Under the pieces are notes generated by a model that worked only from the letters and a program-made list of their open reading frames with translations, did not search any database and had not been told where the DNA came from. Below, piece after piece: positions 53,483 to 64,000 of a stretch of DNA of 64,000 nt. The stretch lies in contig NW_026250408.1 of assembly GCF_024521635.1 (NCBI RefSeq), positions 496,001 to 560,000 on the forward strand, read 5' to 3'. Every line of letters starts with the position of its first letter. The stretch's first letter is position 1. Source of the stretch: Tricharina praecox (Eukaryota). The translations under genes were made by a program, and so were the position numbers.

Positions 53483-54213
53483 GGTGATGACGATCTACCG
53501 AAGGATGGGTGTGAGTTTGATTGATGGAGGGTGGTCGCGGAGAAGAATGGTAGGATTGAGGGAGATCGGAGGTGAAGGTGGTGGTAGTGGTGGTTGTTGA
53601 GGTGGACCGCGAGAAATTGTTGAACGCTAGTGAAAGGCGGATCAAGCCGTTTGATTTTCCAGCTTTGCCTGAAAGCGACGCGCCACATTGATGTGGCGTC
53701 TATCATAAAGTCTCATACAGCTGGATGTGCTGATAAGATGGCCACAAGTCACAGCTTGAGGCTGTCTTGGCGGGAACTCTGTAGGGAAGCGTAGATTACC
53801 CCGCATGAAAGACCTGAGGAAACTAGGAACTGTATCTTTATTCAATCGTGACGGAAATCTAGCCTTTGTGTTTCAGCTGTTCTTCAGACGATGAATACTG
53901 TAGAATACAACGACAGACATTTTACTCTCAAATTCCTTATCCAGTGCAATCACGCGACTAGGAGTCATAGGTTGTGCCTCGTAGCCGCCAAGCAGGCACA
54001 GAAACAACACAAACCAGCAAACCCCACTAAACAGCACTGACACCCTAAAAGCCCACCCCTCCTCTTTCCCCCTCCATCTAATAACCCACCGCCAACCACA
54101 CAACACCCGCCTCCCCAACTACCATCTCCGCCGCCACATAATCAACCTCCACGCGCTCTCACACCTCCCTTCCCCCGTCGAACATCACAACCTCTACTCT
54201 AACACTATCAACC

Positions 54214-55109
54214 ATGGCCGACTCCACCGACGTAAAAGACACCCCCGAGCAGACCCAGGAGGAGAAGAAGGAGGAGGCTGGAAAGCTCCCCCAGAACAAC
54301 ATCTTCTCCATGTTCGGAGGAGGCGCTCCCAAGAAGAAGGACACTTCCAGGGACGATGACGAGGAGCAGCCAGAGAAGAAGGAGAAGAAGGAGGGTGAGG
54401 TATGTGTTGTCGTCCGGTTCCAATTTGATAGCGTTTGTGTGTGTACCGGATGCTGATGCTATACTAGGAGGATGAGGCGCCCGAATCCCCCGATGTCCAC
54501 TTCGAGCCCCTGGTTCACCTCGAGAAGGCTGAAGTCAAGACCCACGAGGAGTCTGAGGAACAGACCTTCAAGATGTACGTTCCGTGCCCGTGCCGTGAAG
54601 AAAAAGCTGTGGATGCGATACTGACAAAGCTCTGGTCTTTCCCTCAGGCGCGCGAAGCTATTCAAGTTCGATTCCGATTCGAAGGAGTGGAAGGAGCGCG
54701 GCACCGGTGACGTCAAGCTGTTGAAGCACAAGGAGAACGGCAAGACCAGGCTGGTCATGAGACGGGACAAGACCCTCAAGGTCTGCGCGAACCACTACGG
54801 TAAGGGTTATCCGGATACGCCTACTCCCCGGATGATTGCTAATGCATGACATAGTTGTTCCCAACATGAAGCTCTCTCCCAACGTTGGCAGCGACAGGAG
54901 TTGGGTGTGGAACACCTCTGCCGACGTCAGCGAGGGTGCCCCCGAGGCGCAGACGCTAGCCATCCGATTTGCGAACGCCGAGAGTAAGGACCTGATACTT
55001 CCCGTCCAGCGGTCCAATGAACTAACAAACTACACCAGATGCCAACCTTTTCAAGGAGGCTTTCATCAAGGCTCAGCAGGAGAACGAGGAGCTCATCCAC
55101 AAGTCGTAA
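54214..55109 (+). CDS. YRB1: Ran-binding protein 1
   Basis: 5 exons (54214-54400, 54468-54574, 54648-54798, 54855-54983, ~55040-55109). Motifs [43 protein letters not shown] and [10 protein letters not shown]. Confidence 0.96.
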
Positions 55110-55735
55110 ACGCCTTTTGGTTTGGTTGTTCGGTCTCGCGCCTTCATTTGTCTCTCACAACGTTTACTTCGGTGTTTCCAGTCAAAAATAATCATGATCT
55201 GAATGAGAGCTGTATTGGAGGAGGTCCTTCGTCCGTGTTTTCAAAGGAGATTCATCATCCGTGTTGTCCCTGCCCCTTCATATTCCCCTTATCCTCTTAC
55301 CCTTTCCCCCAACCTCTATCCCCATTGTGTGTTACCTGTGTGAATTGCAGGGCTATTCTTAGCTTGACGTTCTTTCAACGGAACAAGTGTGATTTGATGA
55401 TGTACGCCACACCGGCTTCGAATTGTATATGTGTTATGCGTAGATAGCAATGGCACACCTGACTCGTGCCTTACGGCTCTCACGTTTTGTAACTGAGTGA
55501 TAAAATTTATGTTCTGAGGGCCGAAACTAAACAATATATCGTCAAAATGGGCCATGGAATGCTCGTTTCCTCCGGCCCGCGATGTAAAGTCCGATGGCGT
55601 TGAACTTACGGAGCATGACATATCTGCCCGGGCGAGCTACAAGGATGACCCACTATCACCACTGCCGACACCGAGGCCTGAGCAACACACCCATCACTGT
55701 TGCCATCTGAATTTCACAACACACTCCAACTCAAA

Positions 55736-56563
55736 ATGTTTACCGGAATCGTGGAAACCATCGGGAGTGCGCCTTCAATCCTATCCCCAACATCGCCACC
55801 TATTGATCTGTAATAGCTGTCTCGTCCCTCGTCCCGCTCGACGCAACCTCCACCGGCGGCGGCGGCACCTCCCTCACCATCTCCAATGCGGCCTGCATTC
55901 TCGACGACGTGCACCTAGGCGACAGCATCTCCATCAACGGCACCTGTCTCACCGTGACCGAGTTCACAGCCGACACGTTCAAGGTCGGCGTGGCGCCCGA
56001 GACCCTTCGCCGCACGAACCTGGGCGAGCTCAAGGTCGGCATGGGCGTCAACCTTGAGCGCGCCGTTGCCGGCCATGTTCGCTTCGGTGGACATTTTGTT
56101 CAGGTGCGTGGCCGGTTATGTTTTTTTTAGAGGGGGAGGGGGAGGGGGGGGAGATGGGGGCTGATCGATGGGACAACAGGGTCATGTCGACACCACCGCT
56201 GCGATCCTCTCCAAGACGCCGGACGGCAATGCGCTCACGATCCGGCTCCACCCCAAGGACCCGGCGGTGCTCACCTACATCGTTGAGAAGGGCTATATCA
56301 CGCTCGACGGCGCGAGTTTGACTATCGTCGCGGTGAACGATGAGGAGCAGTGGTTTGAGATCATGCTCGTCGCGTACACGCAGGAGAAGATTGTGATTCC
56401 CGGTAAAGCGGTGGGCGAGAGTGTCAATGTCGAGGTCGATATGGCTGGGAAGTACATTGAGAAGCAGGTAAAGGCCCATCTGGAGAAGGGCCTCGGTGCG
56501 AAGGGGGGAATACTGGAGAAGATGGTACGGGAGGCTGTCGAGAAGGCGTTGGCGAAGAAGTAG
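55736..56563 (+). CDS. RIB5: Riboflavin synthase (alpha chain)
   Basis: 3 exons. MFTGIVETIG, GDSISINGTCLTV, VNLERA, RFGGHFVQGHVD, KGYITLDGASLT and VNVEVD. Confidence 0.97.
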
Positions 56564-57192
56564 GGAATGCGAAGGGATTGGAGGGAATTTTTAGAGCAGG
56601 AAGTGAAGTAAAGTAAAATGAACAAAGTGACCTCTTCGGCTCGAACAGCGTCCAGCAGAAGATGTCACGGAAGGAAAAAAAGATGTGTCGCCGGATGTTG
56701 CTCTTTGAACTCTGGAATTTGAAGATTCGAAGAGCATGAGGTATCCAACGGCCGCAAGATAGAGTGATTAGGCTCTTCCACGGCCACTTTCTCTCCCCTC
56801 CATTTTCCCCTCCGAGATTCCATTGGTCTAGAAAACAGAGTGAATATGAAGGGTTTCAGTTTAAGTTTTATGTGGAGAAAAAAAGAAGAGGAGGAAACTC
56901 GGCGAGGAAATCGTAGTTTTGTAGGCCCAGAGGCTTGGCGGACGGCTAAAATTTCACAGATTATCAGTCTAAGATAGGGCTCAACAACCGACCATACCTG
57001 GAATTCACTAGTGGAATATGATGTCGACTGGTGCTTCCATGGAGCCTTCGACCCCGCGCTAAACTTAACTGCCTTGTCTCTTTGCCTCCATCCCCTCCCA
57101 CCGCGACCAAGAGCACTTCCTTAGACACCAGTCTACTCACAACGAACTACGACACTCAAACAAGCAATTACTACTCTTACCAAATCACAAAA

Positions 57193-57901
57193 ATGGCTCC
57201 CGGTGCCCCCCGTGCAAAGCGCAAGGTCGCCCGTGGTGGAGGAAAGCACTTTTCGCGTGACCTCCGACCCCTCGATGTATGACGCACCGCACGTTTCCCC
57301 AGTCCGCATTCCGCTGACAACCTTAGGAACCCATTGAGAAACCCGAGTCGGAAGAAGAGGAGTCTGAATCGGACGAGGAGGAGTCAGAGGATGAGTCCCG
57401 TCCCGCCGCAGGAGGAGGAGGAGAAGCCATGACCCGCGACGAACGTAAAGCCGCTGCAAAGGCTCGCAAGGAAGCTGCCAAGGCGCGTCTCGCTGGCCCC
57501 GCCGCTTCCGACGACGATGACGAGGAAGAGGAGGAGGAGGAGCGGAAACCTGCCAAGGCTGCGCCCAAGAAGACCATCGCCGTGTCGAATCCCAATGACC
57601 CAGCCAACGCGGCGGCTGGTGGACTGAGCAGGCGTGAGCGTGAGGCGCTGGAGGCGGCTGCTGCCAAGGAGAGGTACTGGAAGCTTCAGGAGGCTGGAAA
57701 GACCGATCAGGCGAAGGCGGACATGGCTCGTCTGGCGAAGATCAGGGAGGACAGAGAGGAGAAGGCCAAGCAGAGGAAGGCGGGTATGTTACCATGCTTC
57801 CTGTGCGGCGAGGATCACTTGCTGACGGATTCACAGAACAAGAGGAGAAGAAGAAGGAAGCCGAGGCCAAGGCGGACGCCAAGGGCGGCAGGAGAAGATA
57901 A
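57193..57901 (+). CDS. PP28 / PDAP1 (28 kDa heat- and acid-stable phosphoprotein) family
   Basis: Exons 57193-57276, 57328-57783, 57838-57901. Motifs [11 protein letters not shown], acidic tract and [37 protein letters not shown]. Confidence 0.9.
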
Positions 57902-58434
57902 AGGCTTTCTTTCTTTCTACAAGATTGCCGAATGTGTACGGCTCAGGTTGTCTATGGGACCATACATGTGTTACGAATTGCGATGTACGAGAACGTTGCT
58001 TAACATGGTGATCTTGCTGATGGTCGGAACCTGTCGATGTTTGTAGCACGCCTGCGTGCTCGGTGACATCCTGTGTTGTGCACTTGTTGGCTGGTATAAA
58101 GCTTGACTGACGACTTGTCGTCAATCCGTACCCTTACTTTTGGCCGTGGAGAGTGGGGGTATGTATGCTTTACGGTGGTTTCACACCCACCCGGGGAAGT
58201 TGATTGAATTTCAACATCTTGATATTGTGGAACATTCATGGTGTGCACTGAAGTAAATCTAGCCGAGTGATAAGTTGTATGGATAAGTATACATCCGTCT
58301 TTCGGCTGTAAGCTATATAGATCACATCATGTAACCAGTGATAACATCAAGACTTAGTTACCTAAACCTCCATCGCTTGTTCGCGGTCAAGACCTCTAGA
58401 CACTACTTGCCATTCAAGAACTCTAGATGTGCGA

Positions 58435-59603
58435 TTATTCTTCCGGCTTCTTGTCCTCAACCTCCTTAGTCTTGGGCTCAACCTCTTCGTTCTTGGGCTC
58501 AACCTCCTCAACAGTAGGCACCACCTTCTTACTCTCACCCTCCCTCTTCTCATCCTCACCACCGCCACTACTAGCATCAATTTGTAGCTGCCCAAAGTTG
58601 AATCGCTTCAGCTTCTCGAAATCAGTGACAACACTCATTCCGCAAACATTCTTGTAGAGCTCCACGAGGATGAGAAGATCTGGATTTTTGAGGTCGACCG
58701 TATGCGATGGTCCTACACACGACGCAATCGTGCGGATTATTTCGTCGCGCTTGAGGATACTGTGGTTTCTGGTTGTTGGACGGATGGCGAACTAATCAAA
58801 CGTGTCAGCAATTGAACGGGCGAACATGCCAGACAGACCAACTTTAATCCCTTCCTGTCCACTGTGAAAATGCGGCTTCAACACCTCCGCAGCAACCTCC
58901 CTCAGCCCCTCGAGCGTAGCCTTCCCCGTCCGCGTTACGGGCGTAAGGCGGTGCACGAACTTGCTGCGAATCGAGCCGCCGACGGGGTTACTCGCAGACT
59001 CGCAGAGTGCGCGGACCATGCCGGTCGCCTCAAGTGGGGGTTTCAGGCGAAAGAATGTCACTACACCCGGTCAGTGTTTTGGGGAGGTGGGAAGGCAAGG
59101 AGAGGTGCGCACGCACCACACATGGTGTCAATCTTCACAGAGGCAATTGACCGCGTGTCTTTCTTCTTCTTGTCTTTGTTGTCCGCCAATTCCTTCTTGA
59201 TCGCTGACTCTATGTCTTCCTCCTCATCGTCCGAGTCCGCTGCGCCTTCGCCGTCTTTCTTCATGTCGGGGTAGAGTTTTGAAGCGCACTGCCAAATCAG
59301 TCCCAGGTCCACGGCATAGCATAGAGAGAGCATGCGCGTACCTCCTCGAGTATAGAGTACATCTCCGCCACAGCCCTACTCTCTCGTCCTTTATCACACG
59401 TCGCAAAGATCCCCTGCCATCCCAGCTCGATTCCCGTCAACGTTTGGAAATTGTTCTTCTTCCACTGGTGATTTGTCTACCGCCAGCCTCAAAGTCAGAG
59501 TCGCGCAGAGTGTCTTTTGGAGTGTTGTGCGCGCCTTGTTCTTTTTGCCGGAATTGTCATCGCGCGAGTCGTGCTGACGCTTTTTGCTGCTTGAGTCGGC
59601 CAT
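58435..59603 (-). CDS. TAN1: THUMP-domain tRNA acetylation adaptor Tan1/THUMPD1
   Basis: Exons 59603-59535, 59476-59342, 59288-59117, 59060-58843, 58791-58435. Motifs GIFATCDKGRE, DIESAIKKEL, VHRLTPV, FAIRPTTRNH, HTVDLKNPD and YKNVCGMSVV..LKRFN. Confidence 0.92.
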
Positions 59604-59946
59604 GGCGCGTATGTGGTGGTGGTGGAGGCGGTGGTGGTGGTGGTGGGGTGTTCGTTTCGTTTTGTAGCGCGCTGCAGTTAGTGACGAGGCGAGACACCCG
59701 TGGTGGGAAGGGCTGTGGGAAGGGCCGTGTGTAACTTGAACCGCATCTCACCTCCTACGCGGTTGTCAGCTCCGCAGCACCCTCGAAGCTCTCTTCATAC
59801 GGCAGACCCGCGACAAAACGAGCCCGTCTACATATACCACTTGCATCGGCGATAGTTGATCTCCAGAGCATCTAATACTCATTACCACACAAGCGGACAC
59901 CCACGATTGGCTACACGAGCTCGCCTGCACCTCCGAAAGACCTACC

Positions 59947-62461
59947 ATGGACGAGACCGAAGCCATCACCGTGCGGCTATCCGAGCTGTTACGGCACCCG
60001 GAGGTATTCGAGTCACTACCTCTCAGCTCGTGCCTCAGCAGCTGACATAACCCCAGGACCTCGACAAGATAGCTGCGCTTCGCTCAGATTTCAGTCGCAA
60101 GAAGGCACATGTGGATACGCAGTTAAAGTCGGGATTGAAAAGCCAGCTCGAGGTTACAGAGGTACCTACTGCTAGCTGGAGAGGGAGACGTAAGATGTTT
60201 TGTCTGACGAGGGAGAGGTAGGCGGGTATCAATGCCATCAGTAATGGCCAGAAGACGCTTAATGGCATCAAAGAGGAGATGATCCGGGTACTACAAGCTT
60301 TCTCAGGATTTCACTGAGGCTGATGCTAATAGAACGTAGATAGACAAGCTCTGTGCGGAGGCAGAGAATATGATCTCGGAGTTCCCCCTGATCAATAAGG
60401 TACTAGGGCGAGCATAGTGGTCCGACCTAGGAGGAGTAGGCTGATGGGAGAAGATATCGAAAATCCATCGGAACTTTCTAGCAGTCGAAGATATCAAGTC
60501 GAATCTTGCCAGTCTGCACGATCAGCTGAGCAATGTGGATCGTATGCTCGAACAGGACGATGGCGATGGTACCAAATGCTTATTCACCCTTACGTCTTCC
60601 TGCTAACTAACCGCGGCTTCCTACAGAGCTGACGAACCCGATGCCGAATCTCCTTCCCATCCACTTCGCATTGACCCAGCTGCAAGATTTTCGGGACGAT
60701 GTAATGGAACAGAGTGACAAGGTCGGCGACAACGACGTACGGAAAACATTGGAGAGCTACTTCGCGCCGTTGGATAATACCATCGAACTTTTTAACGAAC
60801 GGATCGGTCTCATCGCGATGAGCATGGTAGACCTGGTCCGGGCCGAAAACCAGGGCTTGGTAGTGCGCCTGGCGAAGATCATAGAGGCGGAGGAGCGAGC
60901 AGACGAGAAAGTGCTGGCGCTGAAGGAGGCGCAAGAATCGCACCAGCATCTGACACAGAAGTTCAAGTCGATAGCACGAGTGCCAAAGACTGCGCGAGGA
61001 TACAAGCAGAAGTTCCTGGACTGCATCAGGGCCTCGGCCGAAGCGAAGTTCGAAAATGCGAGAAACAATTTCGAGGACGATCCAGATATGCTCGGGCAGT
61101 GGATGGAGTGGTACTTTGATGACCTGTCACTGGTCAAGCATGACTTTCCGAAGCTATTCCCGCCGAAATGGAGGATCTTCCACACCATACTGGACACCTA
61201 CCATAACCTAATGCACGACTTCCTGAAGGATCATATCGACCGGCCCGATCTGGACGGTCAGAGTTTACTCAGCATTATCCTTTGGAACGGCGAGTACTCT
61301 CAGGGCATGAAGAAGCTTGGTATCAAGGCGGCGGAAATGGTGCCTCACGTGATAGACAACAAGGAGGCAGATCTGCTCCGGGAGTACTCGCAGCTCATCG
61401 CCAGCAAGATGGAGGAATGGATGAACAACATCATGGATGACGACACACGGGAATTCGTGCAGCGGGAGAATCAACCGACCGAACAGGACGGAAAGTGGCA
61501 CATGCCTAGTGTACCAACCATGTTCACCATGATCAACCAGCAGCTCAACGTAGCTCTCGACAGTAACAAGGGCAACGTCGTGTCGAGCGTCATCGACGAG
61601 TGCGTACGGCTCCTCAAGAACCGCCAATCAAAGTGGGAGCAGGTCATCAAGGACGAGATCAGCAAGCACATGCGTGCTGTTACCAAGGAGGAGCTGGAGG
61701 ACCTCCCAGATGGTATCCTGGAGTACATGATCGCAGTAGCCAACGATCAGCTCCGCTGCGCCGCCTACACGCAAGAAATATCGGACAGCAAAGCGCCCCT
61801 CCTCTCCAAGAAATACGAAGACCGCGTGCGCGCCTCCCTCGACGATGCAACCAACGGATTCGTCGACTTAGCCACCTTCTGCATGGGCCAACTAATCGAA
61901 ATCATCTTCAACGACCTCAAACCAATCCGGAACACTCTCTTCACAGCCTCCTGGTACAGCGGTAACGAAATGGAAACAATGATCACGACCATCCGCAGCT
62001 ACGTCGCCGACATCGAAGGCGGCTTGGACGAAGATCTCTTTGCCGCGTTCATGCACCAGCTCTCGGAGCAGACCTGTATCACCTACCTCTCCGGCGTGTA
62101 CAACAAAGGCGCCAAATTCCGGATCGGCGAGGCGGTCTCTCAGATCCGTGCCGACGTGGCGCTAGCCTACCGTTTCTTTACGGAGTTCATCGATTCGGGC
62201 GAGGTCCGCAGCGTGTGGACGGTGCTGGAACAGTTCCTGGCAATGATCTCGACGGAAAAGGACGCGCTCCCGGAGCGGTACGAGGACTTTAAGACTGCGT
62301 ACTGGGACCTCCCGCTGAGCTGGGTCGAGGCGGTCGTCAAGTGCCGCGAGGACAAGACTAGGGACATGCTCGAGGGCGTCAAGTCTAGGAATGTCTACAC
62401 CCCTAGAGGACAGGAGCCCACTATCATGTCGAGGTATGCTAGGTTGCTCACTGCTTCCTGA
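59947..62461 (+). CDS. SEC6: Exocyst complex component Sec6
   Basis: At least 6 exons. LSELLRHPEDLDKI..FSRKKAHVDTQLK, MPNLLPIHFALTQL, LVVRLAKIIEAEE, FPPKWRIF and IAVANDQ. The final codons are uncertain because of a possible last intron from 62434. Confidence 0.94.
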
Positions 62462-62540
62462 GTGGGCTGTGGTCACTGACGAGTTGCGTGTGCGTGTGTG
62501 TATGTGTGTGTGTATGTGTGTGCAACACACACTCAATTGA

Positions 62541-62764
62541 TCGTGTGTTCGTGTGTTCGTGTGTTCGTGTGTTCGTGTGTTCGTGTGTTCGTGTGTTCGT
62601 GTGTTCGTGTGTTCGTGTGTTCGTGTGTTCGTGTGTTCGTGTGTTCGTGTGTTCGTGTGTTCGTGTGTTCGTGTGTTCGTGTGTTCGTGTGTTCGTGTGT
62701 TCGTGTGTTCGTGTGTTCGTGTGTTCGTGTGTTCGTGTGTTCGTGTGTTCGTGTGTTCGTGTGT
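62541..62764. repeat. Perfect (GTGTGTTC)27 octamer minisatellite
   Basis: 27 identical units at 62543-62758 plus partial flanks. Confidence 0.97.
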
Positions 62765-63268
62765 GGTTGTTTGGCTGGCGATGAATAGTGGTTGTGCGAG
62801 ATGTAGCGATGTAGCGATGTTATCTATACAGCGATGCTTATCTTTGGTTTTTATTTCTAGCGTTTGCCCGTCCGTCCGTTATAGTCTGGATCTGGAGGGG
62901 GAGCAATACCTACCGTACGTACTACAGCGCTGTTTTACGGGTGTGAACAGCCAGACAGGTGGTGAAGAATTACGAGTGGAATTATGCATACTGGTACGGG
63001 GAGCACTAGCATAATCACCATCCATCACAGGACGAAACGTAAAGATTTGTCTAGAGAAGTTCCTCCTATCATAAAATATAAAACAAGCAGGTACTCGGTA
63101 GAAGAAAAGGTCAAGTCAAGTCACGCAAGCAGAAAGAAAAGAAAAAAAGATGATGTAACTCAGAACACCGACCCATTGACGAAAACGCAAAGCAAATCCA
63201 GCAAAAAAAGAAACCCCTCAACCGCGGGAAGAAAGAAAAAAGAAGAAAAAAAGTAAACTCTATATCCT

Positions 63269-64000
63269 TTAAAAGTTGAATTCGAACCCGCCACCACCAC
63301 GACCAAAGGGACTTCCGCCACCTCCATGCTGCTGTCTAAACATGAACTGCTGCTGACCGCCGAATCCACCTCCGAACGGGCTGCCACCCTGCGCGAACGG
63401 GTTATGTCCCTCCTGGCTATTAGGATCATCGCCATTATCGAAGCGGGCGCGGAGCTCAGGGTTATTGAGGACCTCGTGGGCCTCGTTGATGGCGCTCATC
63501 TTCGTCTGGATCTCTTCGGGCGTCATGGTGCCGCGGTACTTGTCCGGGTGGTATTGCTTGGTGAGCTTGCGGTACGCCTTCTTGATCTCGCGCTCGGAGG
63601 CGTCGCGTGATACGCCCAGGACTTTGTAGTAGTCCTTGGTCTTGGACCGCCGCAGGAGGGTGTGTGCGTCTTGTAGCTTCTTCTGGATCCGACGGTCGTT
63701 GCTAGCTCCCTCTATCTCTTCTTTCGCTTTCTCGAGAAGTCGGATTGCCTCGTCAAACTTGTCTTCCTTTATTAACCGTGTAGCTTTGGACACCGTTGCT
63801 ACGATGGATTGCGGGTTAATTCGAAGAGTTTCTTCGCAGTATGGCTGCGCCTTTTCGGGTTTACCCATCTACAGTTTGGTCAGTACTAGTAGGCAAAAAA
63901 AAACGAAGCCAGCAAGACAACAACATACCTCAGTGAAGTCTTCGCAAACCATCTCCTGGAGATCTCCGAGCAATGTCTGAGGGCATTTTTCGTTGATGAT
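63269..64000 (-). CDS. TPR + DnaJ ER co-chaperone (DNAJC3/P58IPK/Jem1-like), 3' part only
   Basis: TPR helices followed by J-domain KDYYKVLGV..IKKAYRKL..HPDK..INEAHEVL..FDNGDDPN and a G/F tail. Intron ~63929-63869. The gene runs off the window. Confidence 0.93.

Noticed and set aside
39063..55109. Functional clustering (PSE1+YRB1, SPT7+SPT10, several trafficking genes)
   Set aside because: The genes are interspersed with unrelated housekeeping genes; consistent with ordinary synteny.
62488..63014. (VRVFVCSC)n ORFs
   Set aside because: Translations of the stop-free octamer minisatellite. The array has no spacers, so it is not CRISPR-like.

Overview
Intron-rich genomic DNA from a filamentous ascomycete. 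Short GT..CTRAC..YAG introns and the protein content suggest Pezizomycotina, possibly Pezizomycetes, but this is inference. Positions 13-64 kb are gene-dense housekeeping DNA: AMMECR1-family, RAD3/XPD, VanZ-like, SPT7, a Sec7-PH ARF-GEF, UNC-50/GMH1, CBS-PB1 (Mug70-like), PSE1, VPS2/DID4, SPT10-like, mitochondrial IF2, PDB1, YRB1, RIB5, PP28/PDAP1, TAN1, SEC6 and a partial DNAJC3/JEM1. The first 13 kb is gene-poor and rich in simple repeats. It holds one conserved uncharacterised regulator-like gene and a spliced 56-aa secreted prepropeptide gene that the ORF track misses; the latter is the most interesting item. Splicing oddities include a 4-nt microexon (GMH1), a run of microexons (RAD3), a GC-AG intron (TAN1) and a minisatellite at the SEC6 3' end. 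I recognised no tRNA, rRNA, CRISPR or intact transposon. All gene models were assembled by eye, without database searches.
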